NCBI GenBank assembly: GCA_963729535.1
Contig: CAVSOL010000010.1
Location: forward strand, 3,643-67,642
Source of the DNA: an uncultured Pseudomonadota bacterium
GTDB taxonomy: Bacteria; Myxococcota_A; Polyangia; Fen-1088
Reading direction: 5' to 3'
Length of the DNA stretch: 64,000 bases
This document shows positions 30,507-41,005 of the stretch, in pieces. Position 1 is the first letter of the stretch, and each line of letters begins with the position of its first letter. Under the pieces are notes generated by a model. That model was not told where the DNA came from, searched no databases, and worked only from the letters and a program-made list of their open reading frames with translations. Both the position numbers and the translations under genes were made by a program.

Positions 30507-32212
30507 TCATGGCCACGGACGAAAGCAACAAGAGCGAACCCTCCGCCAAGGCGCCCGGCATGACCCCGGAAGGCAAGATGCGGCGGCGCAAGCGCATGTC
30601 GGCGTCGAACGCGGCGGCGTACGTGCTGCTGTCGATCGGCGCCATCGTGCTCGTCAACCTGATCGGGACGCGCGTCTTCGGGCGCCTCGACCTGACGCAG
30701 AACAAGGTCTACACGCTGGCGCAAGCGTCGAAGGACGTCGTCAAGGATCTGCCCGACTACCTGACGGTCAAGGCGTACATCTCGAAGGACCTGCCGCCGG
30801 AGCTCAAGAACACCGATCGCTACGTGCGCGACCTGCTCGACGAATACCGCACGTACTCCAAGGGCAAGATGCGCTTCGAGGTCCTCGACCCCACCGACAA
30901 GAAGATCGAGGAAGAGGCAGCGGCGTGCCGCGTGCAGCGCATCCAGATCCAGGTGCTGCGGTCGTCGAAGTTCGAGGTCGGCGCGCACTTTCTGGGCCTG
31001 TGCTTCCAGTACCAGGGCAAGAACGAATCGCTCCCGCAGCTGCGCGGCGTCGAGGGCCTGGAGTACCAGGTTTCGTCGCTGATCAAGCGGATGACGCAGA
31101 AGAAGCACAAGATCGCGATGACCAACGGCCACGGCGAGCCCGATCAGAACCAGGGCTTCACGTACCTGAAGCACGTCGAGGAGTACGAGGTCACGACCCT
31201 CAACCCGTCCACCGGGCCGATCCCCGACGACGTCGACGCGCTGCTGATCGCCGGGCCGAAGCAACCGTTCGACGATCAGGGGCGGCGCAACATCGATGCG
31301 TTCCTGATGAAGGGCAAGGGCGCGATCTTCCTGGTCGACGGCATGGCGATGCAGGCCCCGCGCGGCAACATGCCGCCCGAGATGGCGGCCGCGCAGCCCA
31401 AGATCGGGCAGCCCAACGACGCGGGCCTGTCGGAGTTGCTCGAGAAGTACGGCTTCAAGATCAACCAGGACTTCGTGCTCGACTCGCCGCGCGTGCCCGG
31501 CCCGATTGACATGCCCGACGGCCGCAAGATGCTGGCCAACGTCCCCGTCTACGTGGCCGTGAAGACCTCGGGCGACGGCAAGGAAGTGTCGGTGCTCGAG
31601 AACATCACGGCGCTGGTGTTTCCGTTCGCCAGCTCCATCGAGCTGGTCGGCCCGCTCGCAAGCGGCACCCCGCCGGCGGGCAAGCTGTGGCAGCTCGCCA
31701 AGACCATGCCGACGGCGTGGAAGCACACCGGCATGTTCTTCTTCTCGCCGACGACGAAGATCGAAGAAGGCAAGGACAAGGGCTCGTTCGGCCTCGCCTA
31801 CGCGTACCAGGGACCGCTCAAGAGCGCGTACGCGCCCGCCGCGGCCCCGGGCATGTCGACGCCCGACGCGCCCGGCGCGCCGCCGTCGGAATCGAAGAAG
31901 CCGGTGCGGCTGATGGTCGTCGGCGACTCCGACTTCGCGTCCGACGAATACGCGCAGCTCGGGCGCTACCTCCCGATCTACCAGGAGGGGGCGCAGATGC
32001 TGGTCAACGCCGTCGGCTGGGCGATGGAGGACGAAGGCCTGACGCCGGTGCGCACCAAGACGCTCACCGCGCGCCCCATCCAGGTCGAATCGGCGGGGAC
32101 GGTGCTGGGCGTCGAGCTGTTCAACATCGTCGGCGTTCCCCTCGCCTTCGTCGCGTTCGGCATCGTGCGCTGGCGCCTGCGCCGCGCGCGCCGCCAGGGT
32201 CTGAAACTCTAG
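30497..32212 (+). CDS. GldG-like ABC-transporter auxiliary protein, operon 1
   Basis: An N-terminal TM, a large periplasmic domain (..VKAYISKDLPPEL..YLLDEYR..), and a C-terminal TM plus RRARR tail. This is the architecture typical of the Gldg family. Confidence 0.8.
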   Translation: MEVIMATDESNKSEPSAKAPGMTPEGKMRRRKRMSASNAAAYVLLSIGAIVLVNLIGTRVFGRLDLTQNKVYTLAQASKDVVKDLPDYLTVKAYISKDLPPELKNTDRYVRDLLDEYRTYSKGKMRFEVLDPTDKKIEEEAAACRVQRIQIQVLRSSKFEVGAHFLGLCFQYQGKNESLPQLRGVEGLEYQVSSLIKRMTQKKHKIAMTNGHGEPDQNQGFTYLKHVEEYEVTTLNPSTGPIPDDVDALLIAGPKQPFDDQGRRNIDAFLMKGKGAIFLVDGMAMQAPRGNMPPEMAAAQPKIGQPNDAGLSELLEKYGFKINQDFVLDSPRVPGPIDMPDGRKMLANVPVYVAVKTSGDGKEVSVLENITALVFPFASSIELVGPLASGTPPAGKLWQLAKTMPTAWKHTGMFFFSPTTKIEEGKDKGSFGLAYAYQGPLKSAYAPAAAPGMSTPDAPGAPPSESKKPVRLMVVGDSDFASDEYAQLGRYLPIYQEGAQMLVNAVGWAMEDEGLTPVRTKTLTARPIQVESAGTVLGVELFNIVGVPLAFVAFGIVRWRLRRARRQGLKL

Positions 32213-32231
32213 CCCCCCGGATTTAACGAAC

Positions 32232-33648
32232 ATGAACCGAAAAACCCTGATCTCCACTCGCCACGTTTGCCGTCCTCGGCCTGATCGCGCTCGTCGTCCT
32301 CAGGCAGCCCGAGAAGGGTGAAAGCGCCAAGGACCGTCCGCGTCCGTTCCCGACCGTGGCCGCGACCGACATCGAAACCATCGAGGTGACGAAGGCCGGC
32401 GCCACCACGGTCATCAAGAGCGAAGGCGGCAAGTACAAGGTCACCGCGCCGGTCGCCTACGCCGCCGACGAGCCGATCGCCAAGGCGGCGTTCGAGGCGC
32501 TGGGCAAGTTCGAGGTCGCCAGCCTGGTGACGGATCAGAAGGCGAAGCACGAGGAGTTCCAGGTCGACGACAAGGGCGGCATCCACCTGGTCGCCAAGGG
32601 CAAGGGCGGCGCCACGCTGCTCGACATGATGATCGGCAAGGCCGCGGGCTCCGGCACGATGGTGCGCCCGGCGGGCAAGGACGAGGTCTGGCAGGCGAAC
32701 AACCTGTCGCGCTACACGTTCGAGAAGAACCCCGCCGACTGGCGCGACAAGAGCATCACGACGTACACCGCCACCGACGCCGAGAACATCGAGGTCACCG
32801 ACAAGGATGGCGCCAAGATCGTGCTCAAGAAGACCGACGGCAAGGTCGGCTCCGACGACAAGTGGGAAGTTGTCCAGTCGTCGGCCAAGGTCGACAAGCT
32901 CGACAACTCGGCCCCGGTCGGCATCGCGTCGACGCTGGCGACCTGGAAGGCGAACGACTTCGCGGACGGCGTCAAGCTGGCCGACGCGGGGCTGGAGCCG
33001 GCGCAGCTGACGGTCGCCGTCGCGCTCAAGGGCGGCAAGCGCGCGACGGTGCTGATCGGCAACAAGAAGGCCGACGACGAGTTCTACGCGAAGACGCCCG
33101 AGTCGCCGCAGGTGTTCGTGCTCAAGAAGTACAACGCCGAACGCGTCATCAAGCGGCCGATCGAATTCCGCGACAAGACGATCTGCGACATCGCTGACAC
33201 CGACGTCACCGAGATCGCGGTCAGCAACGGCGACAACTCGTACACCGTGGTCAAGAGCGGCGCCGACTGGAAGGCGACCAAGCCGGCCAAGCTGGACGTC
33301 GACACGACCAAGGTCACGCCGATCGCGGGCGCGTTCAAGGAGTGGAAGGGATCGAGCTTCGCGGACGATCAGTCAGCGAAGGCGAACGGTCTGGCCAAGC
33401 CGAAGGCGACGATCACGGTCAAGGGCAAGGCGGGCGCGACCTGCAGCGCCAAGATCGGCGACGAGACCAAGGACAAGCTCAGCTACCACCTGCTCTCCGG
33501 CAAGGGGACGGACGTCTACCTGGCGCCCAAGTGGAACGTCGACCGCGTGCTGGTGAAGGTGAACGACCTCAAGAAGGGCGGCACCCCGGTAGCGGCTGGA
33601 GCAGGCGGGCCCGGCGGGCCCCCCAACCCGCACGGCCAGCGGCCCTAA
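32232..33648 (+). CDS. DUF4340-like protein, operon 1 (frameshift near 32256)
   Basis: ATG 32232 gives MNRKTLIS.., and the next frame continues LATFAVLGLIALVVLRQPEKGE..IETIEVTKAG. Repeated beta-rich segments; the position after GldG is typical of DUF4340. Confidence 0.7.
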
Positions 33649-33699
33649 GCGCTCACCTCGCCCTGCCGCTACGAAGCGCTCGGCGCTTCGGCTCGGCTC

Positions 33700-34159
33700 T
33701 CTTACGCAAGACGCTCGGCGCTTCGCGCCGTCGGCTCGCTTCGCTTCGCCACACCTCGCGTGTATCTCGCGCCGAGCCTCGCTCTGCTCGTCACGCCTCG
33801 CGCGCCGACCTCGCTCTGCTCGTCACGCCTCGCGTCCGCGTCGCCACACCTCGCGTACGTTTTGCGCGGCGCCCACGTCCGGATTTCCCCGGGCGCTGCT
33901 GGCCGCCCAAAGCTTTTTCCGGGCGCGCAGCTTGCGGCTGGATTCGAAACCAAGCTGCGCGCCCGGAAAAAGCCACGTGCGGCGGTTGCGGTCGAACCGG
34001 AGGTTGCCTTCGACCCGCACGTCTCATGGGGTGGACTTCGCGCGAGGGCGGTAGGCAAGGCCAGCCGAGGCGAGTAGCAGCGTGGCGTGGTACGTGACCA
34101 GGCCGCCGGCTCTCGTAGGGTGGCTGCGCCGCAGGCGTGTGGGTAGCGGGGCCGGGGCC
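33700..34159. repeat. palindromic MITE-like intergenic element, copy 2, inverted relative to copy 1 (boundaries approximate)
   Basis: Central 22/22-bp hairpin at 33913-33934 / 33951-33972 (same sequence as copy 1 apart from one indel per arm). Adjacent hairpin ACGTGCGG 33975-33982 / CCGCACGT 34015-34022. Degenerate TIR-like ends at 33734-33750 and 34069-34082. Internal direct repeats at 33777-33802 = 33809-33834 and 33746-33761 = 33841-33856. Confidence 0.65.
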
Positions 34160-34211
34160 ATGACGTCGGGCCGTAGCGCCCGGGCGCTAGTCAGTGGCCG
34201 GGCCAGCCGAC

Positions 34212-34427
34212 CTACATGTCGATGATGACGACGCCGCGGTCCTTCTCTTTGTCCTCGTCCTCGGTCTCTCCGTCGCGCTCACGCTCACGTTCGCGCTCCC
34301 GTTCGTGCTCGTGCTCGGGCTTCCACCGCTCGTCACGCGAGGGGATCTCCAGCCTGGGCTGTTCCTGACGCCGGCGCTCTTCTTCCTCGCGGCGTCGGAT
34401 CTGTTCGATGATCCAGGGTTCGAGCAC
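34212..34427 (-). CDS. small highly charged protein (71 aa) with (ER)n tract
   Basis: GTG start with GAGG 8 nt upstream; high GC3. VLEPWIIEQIRRREEEERRRQEQPRLEIPSRDERWKPEHEHERERERERERDGETEDEDKEKDRGVVIIDM. Confidence 0.5.
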   Translation of the reverse strand: MLEPWIIEQIRRREEEERRRQEQPRLEIPSRDERWKPEHEHERERERERERDGETEDEDKEKDRGVVIIDM

Positions 34428-34563
34428 GACGAGGACCTCTAGCTAAATGCCTGCAATATCGGACTCTCTTAGTCAAGTTCGGCAAGTCGAAGCGTGATCG
34501 TGAGCCCGAAGATCAGCGGGGTTATCACGGTCCCAGCGGCTTAGCCAGAGTGCGTCAGCGTTG

Positions 34564-35217
34564 TCAGTCTGGATCCTCGACCTTCCACAAGCCGTCCTCA
34601 CGGACGAAGTGCACCTCTTGCTCGCTGCCGTACGGCATGTGGGCGTCGTCACCTGACTCGACAATGGGGGCTGCGATGGCCGCACGCAACCTGCTGAGCA
34701 GGGCGCGCGTGTCCTCGCCCCTCTCTTCCCAGTATTGGCGCAGCCTGTCGGCGGTCAGCCCGGGGCGGTAGCGGGCCGGGACCAGGCGCGTCAGCACGTC
34801 GTAGCGCCGCTGCTCCAGGGCGCGCACGAAGGTCCGCAGCGCGGCACGTGGCGTCCGCTGCCCCCACGGTTCGAGCAGAGGGCCGTCCACCCGCCAGCGG
34901 CCGTCCTCGAGCACCAGCGGCACCGTCTCGCCCAGGGGCAGCTGCAGCTCGACCCGGGGTGGGACCTTGTAGGCATCTGCCGCCACCTCCTTGCCGAAGG
35001 CCATGCTGTCGTTGGCGTTGGCTGCGAAGCCTGCAGCGAACACCTCGTAGGAGGTGCGCTGCTGGAACGCCGTCGAGGTGAGCGCGTACGCCGCCCGGTA
35101 GTCGCCGCGCCCCAGTGCAGCGCCGTAGAGCTGCAGCGTGCCCGCCGGGCCCTCCTGCTTGTGCGCGCAGGCCAGCGCGGCGACCACGAGCAGGCCCAGG
35201 CCCAGGCGCGACGTCAT
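34564..35217 (-). CDS. lipoprotein, unknown function
   Basis: Lipobox VAALAC. 217 codons of ordinary composition. Confidence 0.7.
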   Translation of the reverse strand: MTSRLGLGLLVVAALACAHKQEGPAGTLQLYGAALGRGDYRAAYALTSTAFQQRTSYEVFAAGFAANANDSMAFGKEVAADAYKVPPRVELQLPLGETVPLVLEDGRWRVDGPLLEPWGQRTPRAALRTFVRALEQRRYDVLTRLVPARYRPGLTADRLRQYWEERGEDTRALLSRLRAAIAAPIVESGDDAHMPYGSEQEVHFVREDGLWKVEDPD

Positions 35218-35228
35218 GGCCTGAGTAT

Positions 35229-36600
35229 CTACTCCTGGTCGGGGGCCGGCGCCCCACCGTCGGCCTCGGCCGGGCGGCTGGTGACGGTCAGGCGGTAGGG
35301 CTCGTCGGGATTGCCCTCGCCCCGCCCGGCGATGACGCGAATGAGGACGCTGCCCGACGGCAGCGGCAGGCTTGCCCGCAGCGGCGCGCGCGCACCCTTC
35401 GCCGTCGGCTTGCCGCGCGCCAGCACGACGCCCGCGTCGTTGCTGAGCTCCAGCTTCAGGCCGGCGCGTTCGGGCGGCGCGATCTCGACGGCCAACACGG
35501 CCGGAGCCGACGCCACGTAACGAAACAGGTCCACGTCGCCGCGGCCCAGGTAACCCTGAACGGTGCTGCCGTCGGTGACGGCCTGCGCGTGCGCGGCGTC
35601 GTCGTTGGGCTCGGCCTCCGCCCCCTGCTTCTGCAGCTCCGCGCGGACGCGCACGGCGTAGCGCTGGTCCGCGTTCCAGCCGTAATCGGCGGCCACCACC
35701 AGGTAGACCTGCGCCGCCCCCGCCGGGACGAGCACATTGCGCAACGCCACGCGCTCACCGCGACGGCCGTGCGCCTCCGACAGCGTCTTCGCCGCGGCGT
35801 CGAGCAGCGCCAGCTTGGCGCTGACGCCCGGCACGGGATCGAGATCGGCGGCGATGACGCTCCCCTCCGCCAGCCCGGCGGTCGGCAAGCGATAGAAGTC
35901 CTGGTCCTTCTTCCAGCCGAGGTAGCCGATCGCCTCGCCCGGCAGCGCAAGCTCGTTGGCGGCGGCGGCCGTGTCGTCGGGCTCGACCTCCGCGCCGGGC
36001 TCCAGCGCCGCGATCTTCACGACCAGGCGGTACTTGCCAGGCGCCTCGCCCGCCGCCGCGCGGCGCACGCGCACGAACGTCGGTCCGCCTGCCGTCGACA
36101 GGTTGGGGATCGACAGCGGCTGCCCGGGCTCCGCGCCGACCGCGGCCAGCAGCGACTTGCCGGCCTCATCGGCGATGTCGAGCTTGACGCCCGCGCCGAC
36201 GTCAGGCCGCGCATCGATCCGGATCGTGAAGCGAGGCCGCCGCGGCTGGCCGCCATCGGGGATCGCCGGCGCGCCGTCGGACGTCGCCGGCAACACCGCC
36301 GCATCGTCGGGCGGCATGCTCGACGCGGTAGACGTCGACATCCGGGCGCCCCCCGGCCTGCCATGCGACCGCGCCCGCGACCGCCACGGCCGTGCCGGGC
36401 ACGACGAGCAGCCGCTGTGCCTTGGACGGTGCGTCGTTCGGCTCGGTCTCGGGCACCGCCGCGACGTCGCTGTCGGCGGCCGGCTCAGGCGCGACCACCA
36501 CGGCCGCGCCGTCGGTCCGGGGCGGCAGCCGCGAGCGCTTGCAGGACGGGAACGACGAAAATGTGAGCGCGGCGACCAGAGCTGCGCTGGCGGCCCTCAC
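35229..36600 (-). CDS. lipoprotein with three pre-peptidase-C-terminal (PPC)-like repeats (frameshift near 36310)
   Basis: GTG 36600 overlaps the fabZ stop (GTGA); lipobox SFPSC. Three repeats each begin E(T/V/A)EP(N/D)D and contain the G.L....D.D.(Y/F)R pattern. Confidence 0.65.
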
Positions 36601-37037
36601 TCCTTTTCGCGCGGCTGCATGCTGGCCATCATCTCGGCCTCTGCAACCAGCACGTCCCCCACCTTGGCCTCGCCGCGCAGCTTCCAGATCACCTTGCCCT
36701 TGCGCAGCGGCACGACATCCAGCACCAGCACGTCACCAGGGACGACCGGCTTGCGGAACTTGGCGCCGTCGATCGCCATGAAATACACCAGGTGAGTCTC
36801 CTGGCTGAAGCCCCCCGTGTGCGCCGCGAGCAGCGCGCCCGCCTGCGCCAGCGCCTCGATGATGAGCACGCCGGGCATCACAGGTTGGCCTGGGAAATGG
36901 CCGTTGAAGAACGGCTCGTTCCGCGACACCAGCTTGCGGGCGAGGATGCGCTCCGGCCCGATCTCGTCGACGCGATCGACGAGCAGGAACGGATAGCGGT
37001 GCGGCAGTATCCGCTCTATCGCGCGGATATCGAGCAC
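36597..37037 (-). CDS. fabZ: 3-hydroxyacyl-ACP dehydratase
   Basis: ILPHRYPFLLVDRV...GHFPGQPVMPGVLIIEALAQ. GTG 37037 lies 4 nt after the skp stop. The longer ORF start at 37082 would overlap skp. Confidence 0.9.
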   Translation of the reverse strand: MLDIRAIERILPHRYPFLLVDRVDEIGPERILARKLVSRNEPFFNGHFPGQPVMPGVLIIEALAQAGALLAAHTGGFSQETHLVYFMAIDGAKFRKPVVPGDVLVLDVVPLRKGKVIWKLRGEAKVGDVLVAEAEMMASMQPREKE

Positions 37038-37041
37038 GCCG

Positions 37042-37602
37042 CTATTTCTTGGCCTTGGGGGCGGCCGCCGCGGGTGCGGCACCCTTGTCGGCGGCTTCGC
37101 CCGCGTTGTAGCGGCGAATCAGCTCGTTGGTCAGGTCGAAGTGCGGCTTGGCGAAGATCAGCGCCGACTTGTCGACGATCAAGCTCAGGTTCTCGGCGGC
37201 GGCGATCTTCTGCACGATGCGCGTCATGCGCTCGAAGATCTTGCCGGTCTCCTTCTGCTCCTTGGCGGTCAGATCCTGCTGGTGGCGCATGTACGTCTGC
37301 TGCACCTTCTCCAGCCGCCCCCGCAGCTCGGCCTCCTTCTCGCGGAGCTTGTCCGCCGGCAGCAGCGTGCGCTTCTTGTCGAGGTCCTCGATGTCCTTCT
37401 TGAGCTGGGCCTGCTGCTCGTCCAGCTCCTTCTGCTTCTGATCGAATTCCTTCTTCAGCGTCGCTTTCGCCTTGCGCCCATCTTCGGTCTCGTTGAGGGC
37501 GCGCTGCATGTCGACGTAGCCGAACTTCAGATCTTCAGCGAAGGCGGACGAACCACAGAGCAGGAACGCCGCAGCAATGAGGAATCGGGATGCGCGTGAC
37601 AT
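37042..37602 (-). CDS. skp: periplasmic chaperone OmpH/Skp
   Basis: AAGGAG 8 nt upstream of ATG 37602; a signal peptide; a Lys/Glu/Gln-rich coiled-coil. It sits immediately downstream of bamA. Confidence 0.85.
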   Translation of the reverse strand: MSRASRFLIAAAFLLCGSSAFAEDLKFGYVDMQRALNETEDGRKAKATLKKEFDQKQKELDEQQAQLKKDIEDLDKKRTLLPADKLREKEAELRGRLEKVQQTYMRHQQDLTAKEQKETGKIFERMTRIVQKIAAAENLSLIVDKSALIFAKPHFDLTNELIRRYNAGEAADKGAAPAAAAPKAKK

Positions 37603-37638
37603 TGTTTTCTCCTTGGCCGCCCGGTTGCTTAGCACGGA

Positions 37639-40153
37639 TCAGAAAAAGTTTCCGATAGTGAACTCGAAAACGATGGGCTGCTCGCCCGGGAGGGTCCTGA
37701 AACGGGATGCCCCACTCGAAGCGCAGGGGGCCGATGGGCGAGAACCAGCGGAAGCCGAAGCCCCAGCTCTGGCGAAACGCCGACAGGTTGAGCGGGCTGT
37801 TGCAGGGATCCTTGCTGACGTCGACGTTGAACGGCCGGATCTTGCAGTACTGGTCTTCGAGGTTGAACGCGTTGCCCGTGTCCATGAACACGACGCCGCG
37901 GATGCCGACCTTGTCGAAGATCGGGAACTCGATCTCGACGTTGGCGATGACGTTCATGTTGCCGCCGACCAGGAAGTTGCGCAGCGTCGAGTCCTGCGCG
38001 CGGTCGCTGGGGGCGCGGATGACGGGGCCGAGCGAACGCGGCGGGAACCCGCGCACGTCGTAGATGCCGCCGACGAAGTAGCGTTCGAAGATGGGCACGC
38101 CGCGCGGGTCGCGGCTGGCGATGAGGCCCGCGTTGGCCTTCACGCGCAGCACGAACGGCCCCCAGATCGGATAGAACGCGCGGACGACGGCCTCGTAGCG
38201 CGTGAAGATGTTCTCCGACAACATGAAGTTGTCGGCGATCTCGCCCGACAGCGTGTTGTACCAACCCTTGGTCGGGAACATGCGGTTGTCGCGCGAGTCG
38301 TACGACAGCAGCGCGCGCCCCGACGACGTGATGCCGGAGCGGAGCAGGTTCGCGATCGACCCGATCGGCGTCGGCTGCAGCGCCGCGCTGGAGAACAGGC
38401 CGGTGAAGCCGCTGGTCGACACGCTGACGTCTTCCAGCGTGTAGGTCAGCAGCAGGCGCGTGTCCTCGGCGATCAGGTAGCCCCAGGTCAGCGAACCGCC
38501 GCGCGCCCGGCGCACGAACGAGAACAGGAACTGATCCTGTCGGAACAGGTTGAAGCCGAACGTCCACTTGGTGTCGAGGAAGTAGAGGTCCTGGAACTGC
38601 AGCAGGAACAGCTGGCGCAGGCTGGACAGCTGCGCCTGCAACGTCAGCAGCTGGCCGCGGCCGAGCAGGTTGTTCTGCGAGATCTGGGCCTGGGCGATGA
38701 AGTTCTCGACCGACGAGAACCCGGCGCCGATCTGGAACGTCCCCGTCGGCCGCTCCGCGACCTCGAAGCTGACGTCCATCTTGTCGTCGGTCGACCCGCG
38801 CTTGGTCGACACGTCGACCTTCTCGAAGTAGCCGAGCGCGGTGACGCGCCGCTTCGAGTAGTCGAGCCCGGACTGCGTGAACGTGTCGCCCTCGACGATG
38901 CGCAGCTCGCGCCGGATGACCTTGTCGCGCGTCTTGGTGTTGCCGCGGATGCGGATGCGATCGAAGGTGACCAGCGGCCCCTTCTGGATCTCGAACAACA
39001 CGTCGACGGTGCGCGTCTTCTCGTTGACCGGCGTCGTCGGCGTGGCGTTGACGTAGGCGTAGCCGCGGTCCTTGTAGTAGTCGGTGAGCTTCTGCAGATC
39101 GTCGGACAGCTTCGACCGGTTGAAGATCTCGCCGGTCTTGACCGACACCTTCTCCAGGAACACCTCGCGCGACGCCAGCAGCTCGCCGGTGACGTCGACG
39201 CGGCCCAGGCGGTACTGCGGCCCCTCTTCGATGTTGATCGTGATGTACATCGACTGCTTGTCGGGCGACAGCTCGACGAGCGGGTTGGCGACCTTCACCT
39301 GCACGTAGCCGCGGTCCCAGTAGTGGGCCTGGATCAGCAGCAGGTCGCGCTGGAACACGTCCTCGCGGTAGGTCCCCGCGGACGTCATGAACGACAGCAG
39401 GTTGCCCTCGCGCGTCGTGACCACGTCGCGCAGCTGCTCGTCGGGGATGGCGCGGTTGCCGACGAAGTTGACGCGGCGGACTTCGACCTTGGCGTGTTCG
39501 CTGACGTGGAACCAGACGTCGACGGTCGACGGCGTGTCGCGCTTGACCTCGTACGTCACCTCCGCCATGTAGAAGCCCTTTTCGACGTAGAGATCCTTGA
39601 TCTTCTCGACGTTCTTCTTGAGCTTGGCGAGGTCGAGGATCTCTTCTCTTTTGACGTTGAGAACCTCGTTGATCTTCGAAAGCGCGACCGCTTCGTTGCC
39701 GGAGATGTAGATCTTCTTGATCGCCGGCTTCTCGCGCAGGACGAAGGTCACGACGCTCCGCCTGCCGTCGGCTTGCCCTCCGCCACTTCGACCTGGACGT
39801 CGTCGAAGAAGCCCATCTTCCAGATCGTGCGGACGTCGTCGCGCACCATCTCCTGCGTCAAGCACCACGCCCGGCGCGGTCTTCAGGTTGACCTTGATGG
39901 CGTCGTCTTCGACCTTGCGGTTGCCGCGAAACTGCAGCTTGGTGACCCGCAGGCTGGAGCCCGGCGGCGGTCGGCTTTGCCTTCTCGTCGTCGGGCTTTT
40001 CGGCCTTGTCGGCCTCCTCTGCCGCTGGCTCGGCCGCCTCCGCGGGCTCGGCGGCGCGCGCGGCGGGCGCAACCGCGCCCCACGTCGCAATCACCGCCGC
40101 TACCCAGAGGAAGCGGCGGGCAAGCCATCGCCGGGAACCCATTGCGACCGAGG

Positions 40154-40157
<4 letters not shown>
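37639..40157 (-). CDS. bamA: outer membrane protein assembly factor BamA (about 4 frameshifts in this assembly)
   Basis: Signal peptide [35 protein letters not shown] repeats, and a beta-barrel ending ..[24 protein letters not shown]. Shifts lie near 39960, 39855, 39757 and 37690. The start is GTG 40157 (overlapping the lolD stop) or ATG 40142. Confidence 0.85.
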
Positions 40158-40957
<800 letters not shown>

Positions 40958-41005
40958 TTACGCCGGGTTGCCTGGATGGGCTGCCGACGCCGGCTTGCAG
41001 CGCAG

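Noticed and set aside
33935-33950. The loop sequence GGATTCGAAAC resembles a tRNA T-loop (GGTTCGAATCC).
   Set aside because: There is no acceptor, D or anticodon arm around it. It is the loop of a 22-bp perfect hairpin, not a tRNA or tRNA fragment.
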